Positions 30,225-39,297 of a stretch of 64,000 bases of DNA are shown here, piece after piece. The translations under genes and the position numbers were made by a program. The DNA is from Pirellulales bacterium. Lineage in GTDB: Bacteria; Planctomycetota; Planctomycetia; Pirellulales; UBA1268. The stretch spans positions 6,610 through 70,609 of the forward strand of contig JBIIQM010000002.1 of NCBI GenBank assembly GCA_044342075.1, written 5' to 3'. The notes beneath the pieces are model-generated. The model was not told where the DNA came from. It did no database searches and was given only the letters and a program-made list of their open reading frames with translations. The first letter of the stretch is position 1. Every line of letters begins with the position of its first letter.

Positions 30225-31597
30225 TTTCGCCAGCATGGCCGCTGACCGGCGTTCACACCCGCCTGCGCGCGTGGGCCGCGGTGGCCATGATCTGCTTGGC
30301 GATGCCGACCGTGGCCTGCGGCGAAGATGCGGTTCCGATCGCGCCGGCGCCCCCTGCGGCCCGCTCGATCGAGCCCGTTGCATTCGTCCCCACGGAGACT
30401 GGGTTAGCGCCGGCGACCGGACGGCCGACCGCGCCGGCCCTCGTCGATTGGAAGATCCTCGGCATGCTGGCCGCCGGCTTTGCCGCCGTCGTGGCGCTAC
30501 GGCTGCTCGGCAAGCGCCGCGAGCCGACGCTGCCCCCCGATGTCTTCGACGTGCTCGGCACGGCTTCGCTCGGCGGCGCTCATTCGGTGCGGATCGTGCG
30601 GTTCGGCCCGAAGACGTTGCTCGTCAGCGTCTCGGCATCGGGCTGCCAGACGCTCTCCGAATTGAGTGATCCACAGGCCACCGCCTGCATCGCGGCCGCC
30701 TGCCGTGGCGTGCAGCCACCGCTGCGGCCCCGGCCCGCGCGGCCGTCCGGACCGCGCGCGGTCGCCTCCGCGCTGCTCGTGGCGGCCGCCCTTGCCTCAC
30801 CGGCGCTCGCCGCCGATCCACCCGCGGCCGACCCGGCGGCGGCAGCCGCAGTGGCGGCGGCCCCGGCAACACCACCCTCCGCGGCGCCCGCGACGGAATC
30901 GTCGTGGGCCGGCGTGCTTGGTCGCCTCGCCGGCACGCGGTCGCTCGACACGTCGCTTTCGGCCGCGGTCATGTTTGGCGTGGCGAGCCTCGCGCCCGCG
31001 GTGCTCCTGATGACGACGTCGTTCGTGCGGATGTCGGTCGTGCTCTCGCTTCTGCGGCAGGGGCTCGGCACGCAGCAGCTCCCCTCCAATCAGATCGTCA
31101 CGTCGCTGGCCATCTTTCTGTCGGCGATGGTGATGTGGCCGGTGTGGACGCAGGCCTACCGCGACGGCGTCGAGCCATACCAGCGAGGAGCCATCGAGCT
31201 GCCCGAGGCCTACGCCCGCGGCACGCTGCCGATCCGGCGCTGGATGGCCGGGCAGATCGAGCAGGCGGGCAACCGCGATACGATGCTCCTCTTCCTCTCG
31301 CGCCATCCCGCGGCGCCAAAGGAGATCAAGACGTACGACGACGTGCCCGTGGAGTCGCTCCTGCCGGCGTTCCTCGTCAGCGAGCTCGAGACGGCGTTTG
31401 CCATCGGCTTCCGGCTGCTGCTGCCGTTTCTCGTGCTCGATCTGATCGTGGCCACGCTCGTCGTCTCGACGGGGCTCGTCATGCTGCCCCCCACGCTCGT
31501 CTCGCTGCCGCTCAAGCTGCTCGTCTTCGTGATGGCCGACGGCTGGTCGCTCGTGGTGCGAACGCTGCTCGACAGCATGCTGCCCGCGGCCTCGTGA
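30221..31597 (+). CDS. fliP: FliO-FliP fusion protein (flagellar export gate)
   Basis: 458 aa. The N-terminal ~150 aa has a single TM helix plus VLGTASLGGAHSVRIVRFGPKTLLVSVSASGCQTLSEL, which is FliO-like. The C-terminal ~230 aa is FliP-like: LLMTTSFVRMSVVLSLLRQGLGTQQLPSNQIVTSLAIFLS, LLPAFLVSELETAFAIGFRLLLPFLVLDLIVATLVVSTGLVMLPP. Confidence 0.8.
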   Translation: MISPAWPLTGVHTRLRAWAAVAMICLAMPTVACGEDAVPIAPAPPAARSIEPVAFVPTETGLAPATGRPTAPALVDWKILGMLAAGFAAVVALRLLGKRREPTLPPDVFDVLGTASLGGAHSVRIVRFGPKTLLVSVSASGCQTLSELSDPQATACIAAACRGVQPPLRPRPARPSGPRAVASALLVAAALASPALAADPPAADPAAAAAVAAAPATPPSAAPATESSWAGVLGRLAGTRSLDTSLSAAVMFGVASLAPAVLLMTTSFVRMSVVLSLLRQGLGTQQLPSNQIVTSLAIFLSAMVMWPVWTQAYRDGVEPYQRGAIELPEAYARGTLPIRRWMAGQIEQAGNRDTMLLFLSRHPAAPKEIKTYDDVPVESLLPAFLVSELETAFAIGFRLLLPFLVLDLIVATLVVSTGLVMLPPTLVSLPLKLLVFVMADGWSLVVRTLLDSMLPAAS

Positions 31598-31632
31598 GCA
31601 GGCCCTCCGGCTTTCGGAAAGGAATGGTTGCG

Positions 31633-31887
31633 ATGGCCGAAGCCGACCTGGTGGAGATCGTGAGGCAGGCATTGCTCTCGGGCGTCCTCGTCATTGCGCC
31701 CGTGCTCGTCGTCTCGTTCGCGACGAGCGCCGTGATGGGGATCGTGCAGGCGTCCACCGGCATCCACGAACAGGTGGTGGGCCTCGTGCCCAGGCTTGTG
31801 GCGATCGCCGCGGTGCTCTTCGTCATGATGCCGTGGATGCTCGAGCGCATGGTCGATCTCGTCCGCAGCTGCGCCGGAGGTCCGTGA
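31633..31887 (+). CDS. fliQ: flagellar export gate protein FliQ
   Basis: 84 aa, two TM helices: VLVIAPVLVVSFATSAVMGIVQASTGIHEQVVGLVPRLVAIAAVLFV. ATG at 31624 is an alternative start. Confidence 0.75.
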   Translation: MAEADLVEIVRQALLSGVLVIAPVLVVSFATSAVMGIVQASTGIHEQVVGLVPRLVAIAAVLFVMMPWMLERMVDLVRSCAGGP

Positions 31888-31890
31888 GCC

Positions 31891-32673
31891 ATGGATGCCG
31901 CCGCGGTCTCGCCTGAGTCGCTCGTGGCAGCGGGAGTTTTTGCCCGCGTGCTCGTCGCCGTCGTCGCGGCGGCGACGGTGCTGCCGGGGCTCACGCTCCG
32001 CGGGCTGTTCGCGGTCGCACTCGGGCTCGCCGTGCTCGCCTTTCCGGCTGCGGCTGCCGCCTCGCCGCTCTCGGCCGCTGCGTCTGGCGGCTTTGCCCCG
32101 CTCGTGGTCGTCGCCGGCGAGGCGCTGGCGGGGCTCGCGATCGGCACCGCCATCGCAGCGATCGCATCGGCGGGAGCCTGGGCCGGCGGGATCCTCGGCA
32201 GCGTGGCCGGGCTCTCGTGGGCCGACGACTTCGCTCCCGAAGGGGATGCCCAGTCGGCCGGCATGGCGCGGCTCGCCTGGTGGGTGAGCTGCGGCGGCTT
32301 CATCGCCGCCGGCGGCCTCGGGGCGATCGCCGCGGGCCTCGTGGATAGCGTCCGCACGATGCCGATCGGCACGCTCCTCCCAGCGGCGGGCCCGGCTGCC
32401 TGGTCGCTGGCTGACATCGCGGTGCGGCTGCCCGCCGCGGCGCTGGCGCTGGCCGTCACGCTCGCGATCCCGGCGCTCGTCGCCGTCATCTGCTTCCACC
32501 TCACCTGTGCGATCTGCCTGCGGACGGTGCCGTTCACGCCGGCCAGCGGCATGCTGCAGGCGCTCGCGGCGCTCGTGCTGCTCGCCGTGGTGTATCTGGG
32601 GGCCGATGCCTGGTCGGGAGGCTTTGGCGTGATCGCCCAGGGGCCGATCGAAGAATGCTTCGGCGCGAGGTGA
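31891..32673 (+). CDS. fliR: flagellar export gate protein FliR
   Basis: 260 aa, polytopic, Gly/Ala-rich. Called from its position between fliQ and flhB and from overall helix spacing. Sequence similarity was judged by eye only. Confidence 0.6.
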   Translation: MDAAAVSPESLVAAGVFARVLVAVVAAATVLPGLTLRGLFAVALGLAVLAFPAAAAASPLSAAASGGFAPLVVVAGEALAGLAIGTAIAAIASAGAWAGGILGSVAGLSWADDFAPEGDAQSAGMARLAWWVSCGGFIAAGGLGAIAAGLVDSVRTMPIGTLLPAAGPAAWSLADIAVRLPAAALALAVTLAIPALVAVICFHLTCAICLRTVPFTPASGMLQALAALVLLAVVYLGADAWSGGFGVIAQGPIEECFGAR

Positions 32674-32677
32674 GACG

Positions 32678-33418
32678 ATGGCCGACGCTTCCGACCGCGT
32701 GATCCCCGCGACGCCGCGCCGCCGCGATGCTGCCCGCAAACAGGGCGCGATGCCCACGGCCGCCGTCTTCGCGGCGGTGGCGATGGCCGCGACGGCGCTC
32801 GTGCTCGTGCCGGGCTGGCTCACGCTCACCGTGCCGGCGGCGATCGACTTCTTTCGCCGCTCATTCGTCGCCGCGATCCGCGGGCCGGCCGACCCGCTCG
32901 CCGAGATGGTGCCGCCCCCCTTACAGCTCGTCGTGCCGACGGCCGCCGTCGTGCTCGCGGCCGCGGCCGTGGGGCTCGCGCTGCGGGCCGTGCTCGACGG
33001 CTCGGCCTGGCGGCTCGAAAGGGCCGCCCCCACGTGGCAGCGGATCGATCCGCTCAATGGCTTGTCGCGGATCTTTTCGGGGCAGACGGTCGCGGCGATC
33101 GTCACCAATGCCATCGGCCTCGCGGTGATCGTCGCGGCCGCCTGCTTCGCGGCGGCGCCCCTCGTCGGGCTCGTCGCGACCGCCGACGCGACGGCGGGCG
33201 TGGACCGTTGGCTCGGCGCCGTGCGGTCGCTGACGTTTCCCACCGTGGCCGCCGCCGCGGCCGTGGCGGCGGCGCAGTGGGGGCTCGCCCGGCTGCGGTT
33301 CGAGAAGCGGATCCGGATGACGCCGCAGGAATTCCAGGACGAGATGAAGAGCATGGAGGCCGACCCGAAGGTCCGCCTCAGGCGGGAGCAGGGGGCGCGT
33401 AGCCATACCGCTCGATGA
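32678..33418 (+). CDS. flhB: FlhB N-terminal (transmembrane) domain only; cytoplasmic NPTH domain absent
   Basis: 246 aa: PATPRRRDAARKQGAMPTA, RIDPLNGLSRIFSGQ, four TM helices, then KRIRMTPQEFQDEMKSMEADPKV and a stop 14 codons later. The 3' end overlaps the convergent sulfotransferase gene by 41 nt. Confidence 0.7.
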   Translation: MADASDRVIPATPRRRDAARKQGAMPTAAVFAAVAMAATALVLVPGWLTLTVPAAIDFFRRSFVAAIRGPADPLAEMVPPPLQLVVPTAAVVLAAAAVGLALRAVLDGSAWRLERAAPTWQRIDPLNGLSRIFSGQTVAAIVTNAIGLAVIVAAACFAAAPLVGLVATADATAGVDRWLGAVRSLTFPTVAAAAAVAAAQWGLARLRFEKRIRMTPQEFQDEMKSMEADPKVRLRREQGARSHTAR

Positions 33419-34514
33419 ACGGGCGCCAGCGGTGCGAAACCTCGGCCACGATCCGCGGATCGTGGGAGTAGGTGTTGGTGCGATAGCGCTTCATGGAGAG
33501 GGCCTGACGCTCGAAGTGCGGCAGCGCTCGGTCGAACCCGCCGAGCTCAAGGCGGTCATAGGCCTCGCGCAGGCGGGCCACCGGGTCGGCCACGAGGTCC
33601 TCGTAACGGATCTCGTGGAGGCTGCCCGGCGGGAGCGTCGTCCGGTCGCGTTCGAAGGCGGCATACATCTCGTCGAACGCGGCGAAGACATACCGCTCGA
33701 GCGATTCGCCGGTATCGATCTGCATCGCCTGCGAATGATGGAGCGACCGCCACAGCCGCATCGTCGAAGGGAAGACGACGAACGGGTCACGAACGACGTG
33801 GAGAAACCGTGCGCCCGGAAACATTTCGGCGAGCACCGCCATCCGCGCGGTATGCGGCGGGCTCTTGAGCACCGGGCGGCGTGGATCGCGGATCGCCAAG
33901 AGCGCGAGGAACCGGCGCATCGTCCGCTTCCATGTCGCGAGGTCTTCCGGAGAGAGCGTGGCGAGGTCGAGCGCCCGCGGCCGGTCGGGCGACGTCACCG
34001 GAAACGCCATGCGCCGGTATGGCGAAGGGGCGCCCATGTTGGCCAGCGCGAATTCGTCCTCCTGCGGACGGTGCCAGCCGGCCGAGACGTCGTCCATCGG
34101 CCGCTTCGACGGCATGATCCAGCTCAGGGCCGACGTCACCAGCTCCTCGGTGAGCAGGAAGTGGCCCGGGGCGAAGCATTGGTAGGTGGTCGGGCAGCAG
34201 AACCGATCGTCGAGCATGAGCAGCTCGTGAAGCAGCGTGGTGCCCGAGCGCCAGTGGCCGATGATGAAGAGCGGCGGATCGGTGGCCGGCGGGTTTTGCA
34301 ACTGCCGCCGGAACCGCGCCATCGAGAGCGGCTCGGCGACGGAGTTGAAGGCCGCGGCCACGGTGATCGTGCCCATCAGACCCCAGCGGGAAAGCGACGC
34401 GCGGCCACCATGCTCGGCGACGAGGCCGAGCCACGTCCCCAGGGGCATGCCGTGCCAAAACCGTGGGCTCCACCAGGGGTATGCGTGAAAGGTTTCCTTC
34501 GCCATGGCCGCCAT
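33378..34514 (-). CDS. sulfotransferase-family protein
   Basis: 378 aa. PAPS-binding-type motif FIIGHWRSGTTLLHELL, then VLKSPPHTARM. ATG at 34514 or 34505. Confidence 0.75.
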   Translation of the reverse strand: MAAMAKETFHAYPWWSPRFWHGMPLGTWLGLVAEHGGRASLSRWGLMGTITVAAAFNSVAEPLSMARFRRQLQNPPATDPPLFIIGHWRSGTTLLHELLMLDDRFCCPTTYQCFAPGHFLLTEELVTSALSWIMPSKRPMDDVSAGWHRPQEDEFALANMGAPSPYRRMAFPVTSPDRPRALDLATLSPEDLATWKRTMRRFLALLAIRDPRRPVLKSPPHTARMAVLAEMFPGARFLHVVRDPFVVFPSTMRLWRSLHHSQAMQIDTGESLERYVFAAFDEMYAAFERDRTTLPPGSLHEIRYEDLVADPVARLREAYDRLELGGFDRALPHFERQALSMKRYRTNTYSHDPRIVAEVSHRWRPFIERYGYAPPAPA

Positions 34515-34515
34515 G

Positions 34516-35055
34516 CTACTCAAGAATCGAGCCGGCTGGCGCGGCCCCGGCGATGTGCGGTGGATCGAGGGCTTTTTCGAGATCGGCGGCCACCGCCGCG
34601 GCGGTGGGCCGCCCGGTTTTGCGGATGGGCTCGCCGCCATCGACGGGCAGGATGACGAGCGTCGGAAAGGCCTTCACGCCGAACTGCCGGCAGATGTCGG
34701 CGTCGCGGTCGGCATCGACCATCACGCAGACGCTCCGTCGCGAAAGGCCGATCACCCGCTCGTTGGCGAGCGTCCGCTGGGTGAGCTCGGCGGAGAACCG
34801 GCACCAGTTGGCCTTGAAGATGAGCAACAGCGGCTTCCGCTCGGCGGCCGCCCGCTTCAGGCCGGCCTCATACCCGCTCACATATTCGATGCCATGCCCG
34901 GCGCCCGACCCGGCAGCCATTTCCGCGCCGCCGACGAGCAGGTCGGGCATGACGGGCAGCACCGCCTCGTCGCGGATGTCGCAGCCGACGAGCGCGAGGA
35001 GACATGCCGCCATGGCGCCGGCACGGGCAAGCAAGCGGTGGACTGGGGTTGCCAT
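34516..35055 (-). CDS. thioredoxin-fold lipoprotein (monothiol WCxxS variant)
   Basis: 179 aa. Lipobox LLALVGC. LLLIFKANWCRFSAEL stands where Trx has WCGPC, then FPTLVIL. The stop lies 1 nt from the sulfotransferase start. Confidence 0.55.
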   Translation of the reverse strand: MATPVHRLLARAGAMAACLLALVGCDIRDEAVLPVMPDLLVGGAEMAAGSGAGHGIEYVSGYEAGLKRAAAERKPLLLIFKANWCRFSAELTQRTLANERVIGLSRRSVCVMVDADRDADICRQFGVKAFPTLVILPVDGGEPIRKTGRPTAAAVAADLEKALDPPHIAGAAPAGSILE

Positions 35056-35163
35056 GCGGGGTTGGTAGGGGGGCGGCCGTGGGCTCACAACCCCGTTTCC
35101 GCCGTTTGCTCCCGACCTGGCAAGCGGGGCAGGGGGCGGTGCCCCGGCAATGCCGGTCGCGGG

Positions 35164-35181
35164 GATTCGGCGCGCCGAATC
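35164..35181. promoter_or_regulatory. 18-bp perfect palindrome in a divergent promoter region (possible operator)
   Basis: GATTCGGCGCGCCGAATC, between the divergent starts at 35055 (-) and 35233 (+). Confidence 0.3.
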
Positions 35182-35232
35182 GGCTCCGAAGCCGTTGTTG
35201 GCCGGCGGCCCGGCAGATACAGTCCGCCGCCC

Positions 35233-36045
35233 GTGGTTGCTCGCTTTTTTCTCGCCGCGTCATGCGCCGCCGCCGTGATCACTATCGCGTCGGTCGGATC
35301 GGGGTGCAGGCTCATGCCCCGCGGGCCGGTGCCTCAGGATCTCGCCGCAGCGCGGCGGCTCTCCAACGAGGGCCTCTCCGCGGCCGACCGCAACGATCTC
35401 CTGCGGGCCGAGGGGCTGCTGGAACGCGCCGTGAAGAGCTGCCCCACCGACGTCGATGCGCGGCGCCACTATGCCGACGTGCTCTGGAAGCGCGGCGAGC
35501 GTCTCGAGGCCGTGAGGCAGATCGCCGCGGCGCTGGAACTCTCGCCGGACGACGTCGGCCTCTCCATCGATGGCGGCCGGATGTACATGGAACTCGGACT
35601 GCTCGACGACGCCGACCGGCTCGCCGCCAACGCCGTGCGGGCCGCGCCGCGGTCGGCCGACGCCTGGCACCTGCACGGGCAGGTGGCCCTCGCCCGCGGC
35701 CGGTCCGAAGACGCGCTCGCCGACTTCCATCGGGCGCTGTCGATCGTGCCCGATGATCGCGAGGTGCTGCTGGCCACCGCCGAGGTCTATCGCAGTCTCG
35801 ATCGCCCGCAGCGGGCGCTCGCCACGCTCGGCATCCTGGGCGAAACCTACGGCCCGAATGGCACCCCGCCCAACGTGCTCGCGCTCGAAGGGATGGCGCT
35901 TGAATCGCTGGGCCGCCCTGCCGACGCGCTGGAGGCCTACCGTCAGGTGGTCGCCCGGGGCGGCGCGACGCCCGAGATCGAGAAGCGGCTCGCGGCGCTA
36001 TCGAGTGGCCCGGCCTCGGGCGAGCCCGCGGTCATTCGCCGGTAG
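35233..36045 (+). CDS. TPR-repeat lipoprotein
   Basis: GTG start. Lipobox-like ITIASVGSGC. Repeated A..Y/A..LG..P helical pairs (ARRHYADVLWKRGERLEA, DAWHLHGQVALARGRSEDALADFHRALSIVPDD). Confidence 0.6.
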   Translation: MVARFFLAASCAAAVITIASVGSGCRLMPRGPVPQDLAAARRLSNEGLSAADRNDLLRAEGLLERAVKSCPTDVDARRHYADVLWKRGERLEAVRQIAAALELSPDDVGLSIDGGRMYMELGLLDDADRLAANAVRAAPRSADAWHLHGQVALARGRSEDALADFHRALSIVPDDREVLLATAEVYRSLDRPQRALATLGILGETYGPNGTPPNVLALEGMALESLGRPADALEAYRQVVARGGATPEIEKRLAALSSGPASGEPAVIRR

Positions 36046-37702
36046 TCGTGCGGCCGGTGAGCAGGTCGAAGGCGCCGATCGCCGGCACGAGCAGGGCCGC
36101 CGTCGCGAAGCCGTAGGCGGCGGCCGTCACGAGCAGCACCTGCAGCGAGTTGCCCTGCAGGAATCCCGTGATCGCCACGAACGTCAAGCTCGGCAGGAGC
36201 GCGGCGGCCCAGGCGATCGCCGGCGAAGGATTGCGGGCGGAGAGCGCCGCGTAGAGCCCCACCGCGCCGCCGACGATCGCGGCAAGAAATGGCGCGAGCT
36301 GCAGCTCGAAACTCGAGCCGAAGGCCACCATGATCCGCATCGTGGTGGCCACGCCGACGAAGAGAAAGGCCACGGTGCCCAGCGCCACGGCGATCGCGCG
36401 CCGCGAAGACGGATAGGAAAGCCCGACGTGCAGCCCGAGCACGGCCGCGAAGAAGAGCAGGATCGCCATGCCGAGCGCCAGATAGAGGGCGTCTTCGGCG
36501 GTCGCGATGCCGGTCGCCGCAAGCGCCCCGGCGAGCGCGAGCGGCAGGATCACGATCTCGCGGGCCACGCCGAGCACGCCGAGCAGCTTGCCCCAGATGA
36601 ATTCCTCCGGCTCGAGATCGCTCACGAGCAGCAGGTCGAGCGAGCCGCGGTCGCGTTCGGTCGTCACGCTCGTCACGGCGAGGGCCGACACCGCCACGAG
36701 GCTCGCCAGCGCCATCGGCACCACGGCCACGGCCACGGCGAGACGATCGGGCCGCGCCGCGCGGGCCTCCGCCACGATCCCGGCCACCGCCGCGGCGAAG
36801 AGCACGAGCCAGGCGAGCCGCACGAGCAGGATCGCGCGGCCGTGGGCCCGCGTGCAGATCTCCCGCCAGAGGATCGGGTTTCTCCAGACCTCGCGGGATC
36901 GAGGCCGGGCGGCCAGCGGCTGGCCACCCGTCTGCTGCCGCGGCTCACCCGCAAGGCTCCAGCGGCGCACCTGCGCCATCGCGATCGCATTGGTGCCGAC
37001 GATGATCGCCGTGCAGAGGCCGAGGAAGGGCCAGAGAAGCGGCAGGCCGAAGGGCTTGAGCGCGGCGAATACGGCGCGGGCCGGCGAGACGATCGCGCCG
37101 GCGTCGGCGCCGAATCGCGCGGCGGCCAGTTCCCCGGCGGCCACCCAGGCCACGAGCGCAAACATCGTGATCGAGAGCGCCTGAAACGTGGTCTCCTTCC
37201 AGAAGGCGACGGTCGTGGCGATGCTCGCCGCGGCGAGCGCGGTCGCGGCCGTCACGGCGAAGAGCCGCGCGAGCTGCCCCGCCGTCACGCCGCCGAAAAG
37301 CCCGGCGATCGCGAAGACCGGCACGGCGGCGAGCAGCAACAGCATCACGCGCACGAGGCTGGCGGCGAGCTTGCCGAGCACGAGCTCGCGGTCGGAGAGC
37401 CGGCTGACGAGCAGGAGCTCGAGCGTGCGGCGATCCTTTTCCACGGTGACGGCCACGGCCCCCGTCAGGGCGGCGGCGAGCGTCGCCAGGCTGAGCTGGA
37501 GCGGGGCGAGAATCCGCAGGAGCGTGGCCCCGAACCGGGCGGTGTCGCCGGCCGTGGTGACCGATTGGGTGCCGGTGACCACGAGCCAGCAGGTGGCGAT
37601 GATCGCCAGGAGCGCGGCTGCATAGACCGCGCGGGCGACGAAGAGCCCACGGGCCCGCGGCGCAAATCTGATTTCTCGTTCGAAAACGGCTCCCAGCAGC
37701 AT
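36032..37702 (-). CDS. internally duplicated ABC-2-like permease (no ATPase gene adjacent)
   Basis: 556 aa, about 12 TM helices. The two halves each carry the E-[KR]-D-R-x-[ST]-L-[ED]-L-L-L-V-S motif (EKDRRTLELLLVS, ERDRGSLDLLLVS). Confidence 0.55.
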   Translation of the reverse strand: MLLGAVFEREIRFAPRARGLFVARAVYAAALLAIIATCWLVVTGTQSVTTAGDTARFGATLLRILAPLQLSLATLAAALTGAVAVTVEKDRRTLELLLVSRLSDRELVLGKLAASLVRVMLLLLAAVPVFAIAGLFGGVTAGQLARLFAVTAATALAAASIATTVAFWKETTFQALSITMFALVAWVAAGELAAARFGADAGAIVSPARAVFAALKPFGLPLLWPFLGLCTAIIVGTNAIAMAQVRRWSLAGEPRQQTGGQPLAARPRSREVWRNPILWREICTRAHGRAILLVRLAWLVLFAAAVAGIVAEARAARPDRLAVAVAVVPMALASLVAVSALAVTSVTTERDRGSLDLLLVSDLEPEEFIWGKLLGVLGVAREIVILPLALAGALAATGIATAEDALYLALGMAILLFFAAVLGLHVGLSYPSSRRAIAVALGTVAFLFVGVATTMRIMVAFGSSFELQLAPFLAAIVGGAVGLYAALSARNPSPAIAWAAALLPSLTFVAITGFLQGNSLQVLLVTAAAYGFATAALLVPAIGAFDLLTGRTTTGE

Positions 37703-37858
37703 CGGCGGCGCGGCCCAAGGGCCACGTTCTCAAGCGGTGTCGGTGGCGGAAACTCTTTGGTGCCGATAGGATAACGCAGGTCTTGGCCGGCGTGTTTGGG
37801 GCTGGGATCAAACCTTCAAATAGTTCTTCGTTGTGGCATGTATCAGGAGACCGTCCAA

Positions 37859-39229
37859 ATGACGATGCTCGGCAACAGGTGTTATGCGGCTTCGATGTTC
37901 GCGGCGAGCCTCGTGTTCGCGCTGGCCGGCGCCTCGGCCCATGCCCAGATCACCGCGCAGACGCTCATCGGCAAGGCAGTTTCCGATGACTCGCAGACCC
38001 AGGAGGTCACCGGCGCCATCAACCGCTTCCGCGACCGCGACATCGACGGCTGCCGTGCGATCCTCGAACGGGTGAAGAGCAACAACGCGAAGATGCCGCC
38101 GCCGGGCGTGATGATGGCGATGCTCTGGCTGAGCGTGAATCAGCTCGGCCCGGCGCGGGCCGAACTCGAGGAGGCGGTCATCAAGTTTCCGAAGGATCCC
38201 GAGCCCTACCTGATGATGGGCGATCTCGCGTTTCAGGATCGCCGCGTGACCGACGCCGACATGCTCTTTCAGAAGGCGACGCAACTGTCGGGTGAATACA
38301 CGGAGAATGCCAAGCGGAAGCGCGACTTCGAGATCCGCTGCCATGCCGGCAATGCCGCGGTGGCCGAGGCCCGCAAGCAGTGGGAGGCGGCGCAGGGCCA
38401 CCTCAAGAGCTGGATCGATCTCGATCCCGACAATGCCAGCGCCCACCAGCGGATGGGCATCGTGCTCTTCCAGTTGAGCAAGCCGCAGGAGGCGCTCGAG
38501 CAATTCCGCGAGGCGAAGAAGCTCGACACCAAGGCGGTGCAGCCGGAGCTGGCGATGGCGCGGCTCTATGACGACGCCAAGAAGCGCGAGACGGCCAAGA
38601 AGCTGATCGAGGCCGCCATCAAGGAGGCCCCGAAGGATCCCGCCGTGTTGCTGGCCGCGTCTCAGTGGTATCTTGGCCAGGGTGATCTCGAGCGGTCGAA
38701 GTCGATCGCCGACCAGGCCCTCACGATCGACGCCAAGAGCCTCGAGGGGAAGGTCGTCCGCGGCGCGATCGCCCGCGTGGCCCGCGATTACAAGGCGGCG
38801 GAGAAATTCTTCTACGACGCCCACGTGCAGTCGCCCGGCAACTTCCCCGCCTCCAACTCGCTGGCGCTCGTGCTCATCGAGTCGGACGACAAGGAATCCC
38901 GGCAGCGGGCACTGGAAATGGCTGAGGCCAACGTGGCGATGCACCGCGAGAATTCGCCGCAGCAGATCAACGCCCTCACGACGCTCGCCTGGGTCTATTA
39001 CAAGCTCGGCCGCCGCGAGGATGCCGAGAAGATCCTGGCGCAGATCACGCAGAACAACGCCCTGACTACTGACGGCGCCTACTACGTGGCCAAGCTCCTC
39101 TCCGACCGCGGTGAAAAGGACCGCGCGCGGAAGATCCTCGAGGAGGTGCTTGCCAACGAGCCGATGTTTGCCACGCGGCCCGACGCAGCTGACTTGCTGG
39201 CCAAGCTCAAGGGCGACGCCGGCGGCTGA
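37859..39229 (+). CDS. secreted TPR-repeat protein
   Basis: ATG at 37859 behind CAGGAGA-N8. Signal peptide ...SLVFALAGASAHA. Multiple TPR-like units along 456 aa. Confidence 0.7.
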   Translation: MTMLGNRCYAASMFAASLVFALAGASAHAQITAQTLIGKAVSDDSQTQEVTGAINRFRDRDIDGCRAILERVKSNNAKMPPPGVMMAMLWLSVNQLGPARAELEEAVIKFPKDPEPYLMMGDLAFQDRRVTDADMLFQKATQLSGEYTENAKRKRDFEIRCHAGNAAVAEARKQWEAAQGHLKSWIDLDPDNASAHQRMGIVLFQLSKPQEALEQFREAKKLDTKAVQPELAMARLYDDAKKRETAKKLIEAAIKEAPKDPAVLLAASQWYLGQGDLERSKSIADQALTIDAKSLEGKVVRGAIARVARDYKAAEKFFYDAHVQSPGNFPASNSLALVLIESDDKESRQRALEMAEANVAMHRENSPQQINALTTLAWVYYKLGRREDAEKILAQITQNNALTTDGAYYVAKLLSDRGEKDRARKILEEVLANEPMFATRPDAADLLAKLKGDAGG

Positions 39230-39230
39230 T

Positions 39231-39297
39231 GTAGGACAGGCTTCAGCCTGTCTCTTCTGCACAACGGGTCTACGCGACAGGCTGAAGCCTGTCCTAC
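39231..39297. repeat. REP doublet (REPIN-like), GTAG-headed family
   Basis: GTAGGACAGGCTTCAGCCTGTC (39231-39252), a 23-nt spacer, then the inverted unit GACAGGCTGAAGCCTGTCCTAC (39276-39297). Lies between convergent genes. Confidence 0.9.

Noticed and set aside
28656-33418. Interpretation of the FliF/P/Q/R/FlhB genes as a non-flagellar type III secretion injectisome
   Set aside because: A FliO-like module is fused to FliP. FlhA is linked to fliA (sigma-28) and flgM. No secretin, needle, translocon or effector-chaperone genes are nearby. Flagellar assignment is more parsimonious.
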